Positions 15,001 through 25,600 of a stretch of DNA of 64,000 nucleotides are shown piece by piece (positions within the stretch are counted from its first letter, which is position 1; every line of letters begins with the position of its first letter). Under the pieces are notes generated by a model. It was given only the letters and a program-made list of their open reading frames with translations. It searched no databases and had not been told where the DNA came from. The position numbers were made by a program, and so were the translations under genes. The DNA is taken from positions 15,438,001-15,502,000 of the forward strand of contig NW_026262734.1 in the NCBI RefSeq assembly GCF_021869535.1, given 5' to 3'. This DNA comes from Mytilus californianus (lineage: Eukaryota).

Positions 15001-18000
15001 TCATGTTTATTCATTTCAGAACCTTTAGAAAATTCCAATCTCCAATAAATTATTTTCATTGAATAATCAATAGATTGAGTTTAAAACAAAATCCTAAATT
15101 CACATAAAAAAAATCCTAAATTCACATAAAAAAAAATATTATCAAATTAAACTTAAAATATAAATAACCTCTATCTTGGCTATTCTCTTAGCAAGTTTGT
15201 CATGATCGGGATTAATCTTTAAAGCTTCTCTATAAAGTTCTAATGCCGCTTTTATTTTGCCTTCTTCAGTGTATTGCTTGGCTGTTTGAATAAGCTGGCT
15301 GAATATTTCATTATTTCCATCTGAAATGCTCTCTTTCTGAGCAGTTTCTGCCTTTGGTGTACCTGTGTTTAAAACTAGTAATCAATATGTACTAAAATCA
15401 ATTACACAATACATGGTTATTACAAAAATTTTACTTAAACTTTTCAAAACTCAAAATTAATAAACTTTTAAGTTAATCATTGATCACTTATACATGTATA
15501 TTCAATCCATACCTTACTTTCAAATTCCAACTGTTGTTCCATAAAGATAAACTTGAAAAGTCGTACGAATCCTATTTTCAGATGAGCTGACTTTGATTGG
15601 ACATTAATAGAAATCTTTCACAGCGAAACTTCCTGAACATGCATTATGTTTAATACTTCTGAAGATCAAACATGAAACTAATGAATATTTATCTATATTT
15701 CCATTCTACATATAAGATTTATAACAACAACTCTTTATAACCTGAACAGTATATCCAGACTGACCTTGACTCTTAATATTCCCTGTACCTTGATTACCAC
15801 TGGTCTTTAAAAACATCTAAAAACAAACAAAAATCTCAAGATAAAATGATTCATTAAAAAATATCGTTCTCACTTGTATTGTATGGAAGAAACTTTATCA
15901 TTAATAGTCTATAAACTTCACTGAAAGTCAGTATGTAAAGACTTTATGATCAAACAATAGGCTACTGTAAATTCAGATATTATTGCGTGCATTTATTTTT
16001 GTGATTTTTGAAGACTGTATAAAAATGCGAGATCAATTATTGCGATTTCAGGAAATTCGGCATACAGATAAATGTATCAGATGTCAGAATGCGAGTTCTT
16101 ATTATTGCGAAATCCACCCAGTCGCATTAATAAAAACCTCGCAAATAATTTCTAAATTTACAGTATTCAAAATCTATTTTCAGGGACATGTAATGTCATA
16201 AAGCAAACGATTTAGTACAAATGTATCAGACAATATTGAGAAAAAAAAGATTAATGATATTTATAGATTATTACATGGCATTTTCCATATTGGCCCTGGT
16301 ATCAGCCCTAGACTCCCATATCAAGCCAGAGGGCTTTAGCCCGAGGGCTTGATATGGGTCGTGGGCTGATACCACGGACCATATGAAAAATGACATGTAA
16401 TAATCTATTTATCACATATTTTCAAGCAAGAGAAAAAAGATAGCATATACCAAATTATGTTTGATATTTTCAACAAAAATTCAAAAAAACATTTAACGAA
16501 AAAAATTTAAAAAATGTATCACAGTGAGTTAACAAAGTTCGAATCCCAGTGAGTAAACAAAGTTTTGTGAAAAGTTTAACAAATAATTAACAATAAATAT
16601 ATTAATTCCCAGAATTGTAATTATTAAACGACTTTAAAAAGTGTTACATTTCCAATTAATGCTGACGAAGAATACACCATATCGCTACTATGATTTGGAA
16701 ATATGTTCCGCTTGAACTTTCGATGTCATACAACAATCGCTTTTTCATTGTGACGTCATATATTTTCTAAATTCTTTATGACGTCCAAATTTTACGGGAA
16801 CTTTTGTGATTTCCACTGTTGATTTTTTACATTTTTTCTACTACAGCAGATTCGTAAATTTCTAAATTTCTTTTCATTGTGTTCTCATTTTTCATTTCTT
16901 GTATGAATTTACATACATCGTCATTTGATCTCTCTTGATCGTCTAACTGCTTTGGATGACAACTTGTTTACAAATAGTTTTTGATTGACAGGTTACCGGA
17001 AGTTAAACTCGGGGGCTCGATATGGATTTCAAGGGCTGATATCGATATTGGCCCCGAGGGCTGATAACCAACCTTGACTTCCGGCTATTATTGGCCATGC
17101 AAAAACGTACATATCAGTACAAAATATGTGATAATCAGTAGTATTGCATGTATCCCTTAAAATCATGATCCTATCATAAAGTAAAACAACTTTGTCTTGT
17201 CTTGTCAAAATTTTGTCATACAATATAGTGAGTAACTGCATGTGATCTTGAGTGCTGTCATTTGGGACAATATTATTTCAATTTGTGGTACATTTGAATA
17301 ACCTTATACTACAGTTTCAACATAAGACATCATTTAACATGTTAAACAGATATTATTCTTGGTTGAAAATAACTAAATTTACCTGACCAAAAGAAACGTA
17401 TTTCTATACTTCAAACAACTACAATGGGTCATTCCCAGAAAATAATTTTCAGGATCCTTTATTAAGCCCAAAATGTGTGTTACCATTTCTGTGTAACTCA
17501 TTAGTTACTTAATGCAATTTGAATGACTCACAAGGACTTCTGTTCTAATTTCATTTTTTTGGGGGCTAAAAGTGATACATCTAATAACATCTGATAGGAC
17601 TTTATAAAAATACCTCCATTTTAGTAATTTTCCTGGCAAGTTTTTCACTGTGATATATCTTTAAAGCTTCCTTGTTTAAGTCCAAAGCCTCTTTAATGTT
17701 GCCCTGCTCCACCAGATTTCTAGCACCAGATATCATCTGATTGTAGATCTCCTGGTCCTCTTCAGAAAGGTTCTCATCTAGCGGGTCCGTAGAACTTGAC
17801 CCAGATCTGTCTCCTTCAAATACAATTAACAAGTCAATCAATGTCAGAGCAAAACTAATTGTAACTGTGTACTATGTTTATTGCATGAAGATGTTGTATA
17901 CATTTGCATTCTATTTAAGCTTTATTTAAATACACCATTGTTTAATAAAAATTATTAAGTGTTGTGATTTTTTTTGGTTTTAATCTTGCTTAATTCATAG

Positions 18001-20851
18001 TAGCAGCCATGCTATAGTATTTTTGCCTCAACTTTGTAAATGCAAACTTATAGCTGACTATGAGGTATGGGTTTTGCTCATTGTTGAAGGCCATACAGTG
18101 ACCTGTAGTTGTTAACTTCTATATCATTTGGTCTCTGGTGGAGAGTTGTCTCATTGGCAATCATACCACATCTTCTTATTTTTATATTATTAGATTCATC
18201 AAAACATCATGGTCTAAATTAATGGACAAATAAATGGACAACAGCAATGCATTCATAACTTTATTATTTGGTTATATTCATAAATAATCTGACAAAATAA
18301 TAATATTGTTTCCTCTTTAATTACTCATGATTGTTGTTTTAAATTCATAATGAACTGGAAGAATTTCAGATACAGATATTGCTTATAATAAATGTGGGCA
18401 AGTGGTAGATTTTTCTGAAACCAATAATTTATTTTAAAGGTCAAGGTGCACATAGGTAGAAGGTTTTTCTTATATTATAGTTACCAGTATCTCCATCTTC
18501 ACCTGTTTCTTTAAGGTATGCCTGAAAAAAAAAACGTATTATTCAATTATCTTTTGCTCTTCATTATACATTTGTAAGAAGATTTCTGCAGCCGGTTGTA
18601 CGAACGTGGCATTAGCCTAATGAGTCATTAAGTCTTCATTAAGCCTTTATGATGCATTAGGCTAATGAAGACTTAATGACTCATTAGAATGATGACACCT
18701 TTGTACAACCGGCTGCTGACATACAGAAAATTGATCTGGTAGCAAAGTTTGAGGGCAAAGGTTACTTTCATAGAGGGAGATAACTACCAGAATCTAAGGT
18801 CAGGCAAATGTGATGTCTGATTGGTTAACATTCAGTTACACATAAAAAATTCTCTGACAATAAAGTTGTAATCATAATAAATATGCAATATCATATTTTT
18901 GTACCTCCAAAAATCATGGTTTTCTGGTAATTTTTATGCATTTGAAGTATACAAGTTAGCTTTAATGGAACAAAAGGTTCTGACATTCCTCCAAAACTAA
19001 GGATCAGGATATCTGCCAAGTAAGTGATTTTTTTTTTATTAATTTTCCATCTATTCCACTTCATTAAATACGATAAAAGACAGGTTTAACCATGCATGGA
19101 AAATATTCCCTTTTTCCATTTGAACTAGAATGAATATGATGAAAGAACCCACCAAACTGGTAAGATTAAATCATTCTGCATATTTATTTTGGCTTCATGA
19201 TACATTTAGTAATACCTTGGCTTGTGCAAATCAAAATTTTCTATAAATCTGAAAACTATTTTGCCTTGTCTCTAGATTATACATATCAAACAACACTAAT
19301 AGTATGGTGTTTTTTAATTTTATTGAAGGATATATCTTAAAGCTTAGACATAGCTAAACATACAACTATCATTGGCTCCTAATAACCTATCAGGGTTATA
19401 TGTAACACAAGTGTTAATGTTATTTACTTTAGGAAGGCTCAAAATGTATCAATTTGCACTTTCAGATATAATTGATTCTATTCCCAGAACCAGAAATAAC
19501 ATCAAAGAAAAATAACATATCAAAGTTTTTAGCTGATAAATAATTTACTATTTTCAAGGAATGTAAATCAGAATTACTTCCAGCTTCGTATAACTTCTCA
19601 GAAACACAAATCTGTTCAACACATACCTCCATCTTTCCTATCTTTTTGGCTAGTTTTTCATGGTAATGCATCTTTAGTGCCTGTCTGTACAAATCTAATG
19701 CATCCTTTATTTTCCCTTCTGTTGTTAATTGTTTAGCATTTGTGATCAACTCAGTAAATATTTCCTGTTCTTCTTCAGTCATTTCTGGAAAATGAAAAAA
19801 CCTGGATTTCATTTGTTCCCATGATTTTGACAAGTATAGAGTTTAGTGCTTTTTTGGGACTTATTTTTGTAAATGTATGTTCTTTTATGAACCTCTTGTT
19901 ATTCAAGTGAATTTACTAAAGGGGAGAGTTGAGTCGATAAAAAGCAAGGTTAACCAGGACACATATTAATGTGCCTTTCCTTAGTCAGGAACCTTGTCAG
20001 CGGATTCTTTTTGGTTTTTCTGTCCTTCAAGAAATTTTGTGTTTATAGTAAACCTTTGGTAGTCTTTCTTAAATGTATTCACAACCTGTCAAGACTGAAG
20101 TGATTTAGAGCTTGACAAACAGGTGCCACATGTGGAGCAGGATCTGCTTACCCTTCCGGAGCACCTGAGATTATCCCCAGTTTTTGGTGGTGTTTGTGTT
20201 GCTCAGTCTTTAGTTTTCCATGTTGTGTTTTGTGTACTATTGTTTGTTTGTCTTTTTCTTTTTTAGCCATGGCGTTGTCAGTTTATTTTCCACTTATGAG
20301 TTTGAATGTCTCTTTTGTATCCTTCACCACTCTTGGTATAGACAATTGTGTATTGCTGATGAACCTAGTTGACCTCTAGATATCTTTTTGTTTTTTTGTG
20401 TTTCTGGGTTGTTGTCTTATTGTGATAAACCCTGCATCTGTTCTTCACACACTGATTATAAAAATATATAATCTGTTGGGGGAATATTTGAGAAATAGTA
20501 CATAAAACATATAAAATGGTAAATGTGGTTTTGTTCATGCTTATTATCTGAACACAGACATGTTAGTGTTATAGGGTTAAATTATAGTATGTATTGCTGA
20601 AATGAGCAGTTTGGAAGTATTGAAAGCCAATTCTGAAAATACTTGATTTTTAGAAAAACATTTAACTACTTACCTTTCAAAAACATAGAGGGTAGGGTTA
20701 CATTTATGTGGAAAACAAAGATGAAACAATTTTAAATCCTGACCTGGCTAATCATGTACAGACAGAGAATACATGTTAAACTACCTTTAGTTTCATGTGA
20801 TATTGATACTCTTGATAAGCCATCCCCAGTTTCTTGTACATCCTTGTCCAT
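1..20851 (-). CDS. ERCC6L: DNA excision repair protein ERCC-6-like (PICH), SNF2-family helicase; 5' part only, continues beyond the left edge
   Basis: Coding exons on minus: 20851-20785, 19784-19627, 18521-18485, 17813-17614, 15816-15765 (or 15789), 15362-15169, 14441-14372, 13800-13598, 12569-12512, 12080-11863, 10467-10419, 9001-8787, 7987-7794, 6087-5962, 4662-4497, 3440-3315, 2996-2904, 20-1. All are GT-AG and phase-consistent. The translation contains LYDHQKEAV (Q motif), GGILGDDMGLGKT (Walker A), YVALDEGHKIK (Walker B), LTGTPIQNNLKELW and FDFVHQGSLLGTARTFKMEYENPITRARERDAT. The last matches my recollection of human ERCC6L (FDFACQGSLLGTLKTFKMEYENPITRAREKDAT). Confidence 0.95.
54..2033. 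mobile_element. Non-autonomous hAT-type DNA transposon, about 1.98 kb
   Basis: TIRs CAGGGCTTCCAAAA (54-67) and TTTTGGAAGCCTTG (2020-2033) match at 13/14. Perfect 8 bp TSD GTACAAAT at 46-53 and 2034-2041. No transposase ORF. Confidence 0.85.
337..1275 (-). mobile_element. HINE/Helentron-like element nested in the hAT element
   Basis: On minus, the 5' end is TTTTATACGCCCGTTTACGGGACGTAT followed by a (GTCC)n microsatellite. About 180 bp internal tandem repeats follow. The 3' subterminal IR GGGCGTAT and a terminal hairpin lie at about 340-370. Confidence 0.7.
3780..4115 (+). repeat. Abundant dispersed short repeat (CCTGTCCCAAGTCAGGA ... TTGTCTCTTTGACACATTCCCC family)
   Basis: The same motifs recur at about 10590-10735 and 30540-30612 in this window. 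Confidence 0.6.
6045..6645 (-). repeat. 58-62 bp minisatellite, 10 copies; each copy is a 3' splice site plus the first about 40 nt of the ERCC6L Walker A exon
   Basis: Minus-strand unit ttgttggtttatttttcag|ACTTGGTAAGACTATACAGGTAATATCATTCCTGTCAGGA. Acceptors give exon starts at 6623, 6564, 6505, 6446, 6387, 6328, 6266, 6207, 6145 and 6087. Confidence 0.95.
9760..10200 (-). repeat. Abundant dispersed repeat ending ...GAGAGTTGTCTCATTGGCAATCATACCACATC
   Basis: Related copies or fragments at about 2700-2755, 5690-5810, 8350-8600, 18050-18185, 21340-21700, 28325-28510, 48980-49170 and 59460-59700. Confidence 0.65.
10217..10383. repeat. 24 bp minisatellite, 7 copies
   Basis: Unit gtat(t/c)tcaaacaagatcatgtgat, in an ERCC6L intron about 35 nt from the 10419 donor. 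Confidence 0.9.
15965..16163. mobile_element. Tc1/mariner-type MITE, about 200 bp
   Basis: TA|CTGTAAATT ... AATTTACAG|TA terminal inverted repeats with TA TSD. Confidence 0.75.
16263..17110. mobile_element. Palindrome-headed non-autonomous element (possibly Crypton-like)
   Basis: Near-perfect arms of about 65 bp (16263-16327 and 16346-16408) around GAGGGCTTTAGCCCGAG. A related GGGCTGATA/GATATGG motif recurs at about 17010-17070. Confidence 0.5.
18589..18715. repeat. Foldback palindrome, about 127 bp (MITE-like)
   Basis: CAGCCGGTTGTAC...CTAATGAGTCATTAAGTCTTCATT pairs with AATGAAGACTTAATGACTCATTAG...GTACAACCGGCTG. Confidence 0.75.
20120..20335 (+). repeat. Dispersed SINE-like repeat (GGTGCCACATG(T/G)GGAGCA..TTACCCTT..GAGCA(C/T)CTGA family)
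   Basis: Second copy at about 26640-26865 with the same order of motifs. Confidence 0.55.
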
Positions 20852-22189
20852 TATTCTAAAATATCAAAGATTCACGTTTAATGTTGAGACATTTGTTTAG
20901 TACACATGTGGTATGATGAATAAAGGTTATGTAATATGGTTATTATAGTCTTAAATAAATCATTTATTTTAGTTTTCAACTTTTCAGGAAAATACAGGCA
21001 AATGACAGTATTGAACACTAGAAATTTTAATATAGGTTGATCATGTAAAAGCAAACTTTAACTCTGGCAAGGCTTTAACTGTGAAGTGGATAACATGAAC
21101 ACATTTAATACACTCTTTTATAATATAATTTCACATTAATTTGTAGTGCAATTTTTTTTCTTTTTTCTGGCATATCTAGATAATAAACCTTATCACCATT
21201 TGTCCACCATTAATGGACATAGTCTTAGATACATAATTTTTTTTGTTATTGTTATTGCTTTGACTAGCTGTCAGAAACTGTGAGTACTCTAAGATCTGTA
21301 CTTAATGTCTTTTTTGTTGTTAGGGATGAGGGATGGATAAATACCCTGCCATGTCCAGTCTGTATTTTTGTTTGACGTTTTTCTGCATTCTTAATGTGCC
21401 TGTCCCAAGTCAGGAGCCTATAGTTCAGTGGTTGTTGTTTGTTCAGGTCTGTCATGTTTGTTTTTCATAAATTGTTTTGTTATAAAGTAGGCCTTTAGTT
21501 TTCTCAATTGAATTGTTTCATACTTTTCAAGTCAGAGCCTTTTATAGCCGACAAAACGGTATGGGTTTTTCTCATTGTTGAAGGCCGTACAGTTGTCTAT
21601 AATAGTTTACTTCCAATTCATTTGAACTTTGGATGATAGTTGTCTCATGAGTCATGGGCATTGCAATTATACTAGTTTATTACTACATCTCCTTATTTTT
21701 ATATAACAGCCATTCCCATAGGCAGATAGGGAGTGTTTTTTTTCATGAATGAGTTACACAGCTTTACCCGAAGGTCAATTGGCGTAAACAACATCATTGA
21801 ACATAGGTTCTTACTTTGACATAATATCACAAGCATTTTGACGCAGAAAATTTACAGGAAAGTGCACAAATTCGAAAAAGTCGTCTATCTGACATGTCTA
21901 TTGCCCGTATTGGGGCATAACTATTTTGGTGAATCATTCTCTCATATGCACAAATAGTGAATAAATGAACTAATGTTCTGGGTCATTTTAATAAGGAAAT
22001 AAGTCAAAAAGATGTAATTCCCCATTTAGTAAAATGTCTCTCAACTCATTTTATCTGTTTTATTATTATTAATATTAACTTTTTTAGACAAATGGGTGAA
22101 TGACAACAGTCATAAAGGTGCTTACTCTATAGATGTTGCGTTAAGTTTAAGGATTAATATGTCTGGTTAATTAAAACAAGTTTTAGCAA

Positions 22190-22290
22190 AAGTCTTTGCG
22201 CCCAGACTGAACTTTACATTTCTGATATTATTTTTCGTTTTTGAAAGTTCCGCCAACAGGAAGTGACGTTTTCAAATCCTTGTTTTGGTC
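22190..22290. promoter_or_regulatory. Putative bidirectional promoter shared by ERCC6L and BRAP
   Basis: Lies between the divergent ATGs (20851 minus, 22631 plus). Contains TTTGAAA (22240-22246), TTCCGCCA (E2F/CDE-like), CAGGAAGTGACGT (ETS plus half CRE) and TTCAAA at 22271-22276 (CHR on the minus strand). Both ATG-containing exons are preceded by acceptors (20857-20856; 22612-22613), so 5'UTR exons should start here. Confidence 0.55.
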
Positions 22291-22630
22291 AAAATCAAGT
22301 TGATTTATCGTATACACAAATGTTACGTCTTGGTTATTGGTATCATAGAGATACAAACATTTATAGGTGTATGAATTAAAATTTCTAGTCCCATATATGA
22401 TCAAGTATGACCAAAAAACTTTACAACCATATGTATTAAATATCCGGAAATATATTTTCCGTCATTGATTTTCTTTAGGGAGCTCTTTTTTTTGAAGATA
22501 GAAATGTAATATTCTTGGAAAAAACTGGAAAAAATAAGAAGGAAAAAAATTGGATTCGTTCTGGCAAGGATTTTGTTAGTCCTACTATAAAAATCCATGT
22601 TTCTAACATTTAGACTCTGATGAATTTCAC

Positions 22631-25600
22631 ATGTCTGAATCAATCTCTTTGTGTATTCTGAGGCTAGAAATAGAGAATGATCACGAAATCCCAAAATCTT
22701 TCAATTACTGTGGTATGTTATGGCTTATGCTGTTATGTTCATAGAATAACTCAATATTTAAAGAAGTCCACAAATCAGTTCCAAATTTGATATGAAATTG
22801 ACTGTAGGTTTCCATGTCTTTCTGTCCAATGGCAATGTATTTATGTCGTCAATATTGAATCTTTTCCAGCAAATTATAGGCCCCTTCACAGTTAGTGCAG
22901 CCATGTTGAATAGGGGGCAGATTTTCATAATGGAAGTAAAAATGGTTTGAAAAATACGGGAAAACATCATTAAAAGACGACAGTTGCTTAAAACATGCAA
23001 AGGATTTCCCGTACTACATGTACTATCATACTATTTTCACCTCTATCCAAAAAATCTGCCCCCTATTCAATATGGCCAAACTAACCGTGAAGTAGCCTAT
23101 TCATCTGCTCTCTTTCCTTTTGAAAGAAATACACCTGTGTAAAACTTCTCTGGCATATATTCTTACGGGTTTCATTTCCGATGACATAAACACACTAGTG
23201 AAAAGAAGCAATATGTGAGTGCTCTTTATGTAAGTAGTTGGAAGTTCTTCAGACCAGAATGAAATTACACCTCCACCCCCATGTGAGTTTGCCCCTTATC
23301 ACATTTAATAATAATGTAGGAGAGTTCTAGCTAGAATATAAGGGCTCACAGACAGGCATTTTGGGCTGTGAACATGTTAATGAAAGATTTTTGACAATTA
23401 AATATGTACATGCATATGTAGTAGGAGAACTTTACCTATTTGTCGATTGTTATCAAAAATTCATTTTCTGATGAGAAACTAACTTATGTTTATTGGTTGT
23501 AAGACATGTATATCTATATTTATGTAATTGTGGGAAAATATATGATTTCCAGAAAGTCTTCCAAATTTTCATTCAAGTGAACATAGATTCCTGGAAGACA
23601 GATAGTTTCAATTATGTTTAACTTCCAGCAACACTCAAAGACTTCCAGAGGAAATAGTATTAACTCAAACATATCACAGTATTCCTCCATATGGTGAAAA
23701 ATGTACCTTTACCTGAATGATCTTTGATGTGAGTCGCTAAAGAAGATCCTTGATTTGTTATTGCTATTTTTTTTAAGGGGGTTGGGTCGTACCCCATAAA
23801 AATTTCCTTTTGAAGAATTGTATTCATGTAACAACTTTATTTCTAGTTTCGTTAAACAAATTACCTGATAGAAGGGTGGTTATTTTAGTTAGTTCATGCT
23901 GAAATATCAGTGAATGTAACATGAACTTTAGGCATGCATACATGGCTAACCCTCCTTAATTGGTTTAGTTTTATCATACATTTCTTAAACATTTTCCCAG
24001 AATTCAAAATTACTCCAGATTCAATTAATTCCTTGTTTCAATAAGATCTGCCTAATGAGTTAATTCTTTACCATTAATATAAATTTTGGTTTTTAGTGAA
24101 CATTTTTTATTTGTTTCTTAGTTGTCAATGTTTTATATATCACCTAATTCCCTTGTCATGCTTGTTGGAGATAGATATTTATAAATTGTTTTTATGCCCC
24201 ACCTACGATAGTAGAGGGGCATTATGTTTTTCGGTCTGTGCGTCTGTCTGTCCTGCTTCAGGTTAAAGTTTTTGGTCAAGGTAGTTTTATATTGTTTTTA
24301 TAGTATTTGTATTTAAGCACAGGATTTCCATATAGTAGATACAGAATCTGATATTTATATTTCAGCATCAGACCTCCATACTGCTAACATACAATCTAGG
24401 GATAGAATTCAATCTGATATTTGTATTTCAGCATCAGACCTCCATACTGCTAACATACAATCTAGGGATAGAACTTAATCTGATATTTGTATTTCAGCAT
24501 CAGACCTCCATACTGCTAACATAGAATCTAGGGTTAGAATTCAATCTGATATTTGTATTTCAGCATCAGACCTCCATACTGCTAACATAGAATCTAGGGA
24601 TAGAATTCATTCTGATATTTGTATTTCAGCATCAGACCTCCATACTACTAACATACAATCTAGGGATAGAATTCAATCTGATATTTGTATTTCAGCATCA
24701 GACCTCCATACTGCTACATGTAATATAGAATCTAGGGATAGAATTCAATCTGATATTTGTATTTCAGCATCAGACCTCCATACTGCTAACATAGAATCTA
24801 GAGATAGAATTCATTCTGATATTTGTATTTCAGCATCAGACCTCCATACTGCTAACATACAATCTAGGGATAGAATTCAATCTGATATTTGTATTTCAGC
24901 ATCAGACCTCCATCCTGCTAACATACAATCTAGGGATAGAATTCATTCTGATATTTTTATTTCAGCATCAGACCTCCATACTGCTCACATAGAATCTAGG
25001 GATAGAATTCATTCTGATATTTTTATTTCAGCATCAGACCTCCATACTGCTAACATAGAATCTAGGGTTAGAATTCAATCTGATATTTGTATTTCAGCAT
25101 CAGACCTCCATACTGCTAACATAGAATCTAGGGATAGAGCATCGTATGCTTCAGTTGTTAATACATCCGGACCAAATTCTAGTGTAGAAAAGTCTCCTGT
25201 AGAGTTGAACCTCACTTGCAGAGGACAGCGTGGGTTTGGTGACTTCACAATAGAATCTTATTTCTCGGGTAAGTATAAAATGAATTTTACTTGCATAGTT
25301 GTAGGGAAAATTGACTGTTCTGAGAAGTCACATTAAATTCTATTTTATCGGATACTTGTAAATTACAAATTTTTAAATGTATTTTATTGTGCAGGGAACA
25401 GTGTTAGTTACCATAAATGATGTGATTAGAAATAGATTTCACATGAAATTTCATGATATATTATTTATTTAGTAGTATTTTGTTTCTCAAATAAGACCAA
25501 AATTAATGTAATACATTTTTACACAACCACAAATTTGTAAGGACATATAATGGAAATGGTTTATTGTTTGTTGTCATCTTCATTGTAAAGTTATCTGCTA

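Larger units (their letters stand above)
8787..19784 (-). other. ERCC6L: Array of six TPR-like helical-hairpin exons, each followed by a short linker exon, at the ERCC6L N-terminus
   Basis: TPR exons at 19784-19627, 17813-17614, 15362-15169, 13800-13598, 12080-11863 and 9001-8787. Consensus is E(I)FxQLxxxAKxxxxEGKIKxALELYREALKIxxxEKLAKKIxK(M/I)E. Each starts in phase 1 and ends in phase 0, and each following exon starts x(Y/F)(L/I)K. Confidence 0.9.

Noticed and set aside
8787-19784. A separate TPR/MIT-repeat gene, or C-terminal PICH TPRs
   Set aside because: Splice phases join these exons in frame to the downstream helicase exon at 7987, so they are N-terminal parts of ERCC6L.
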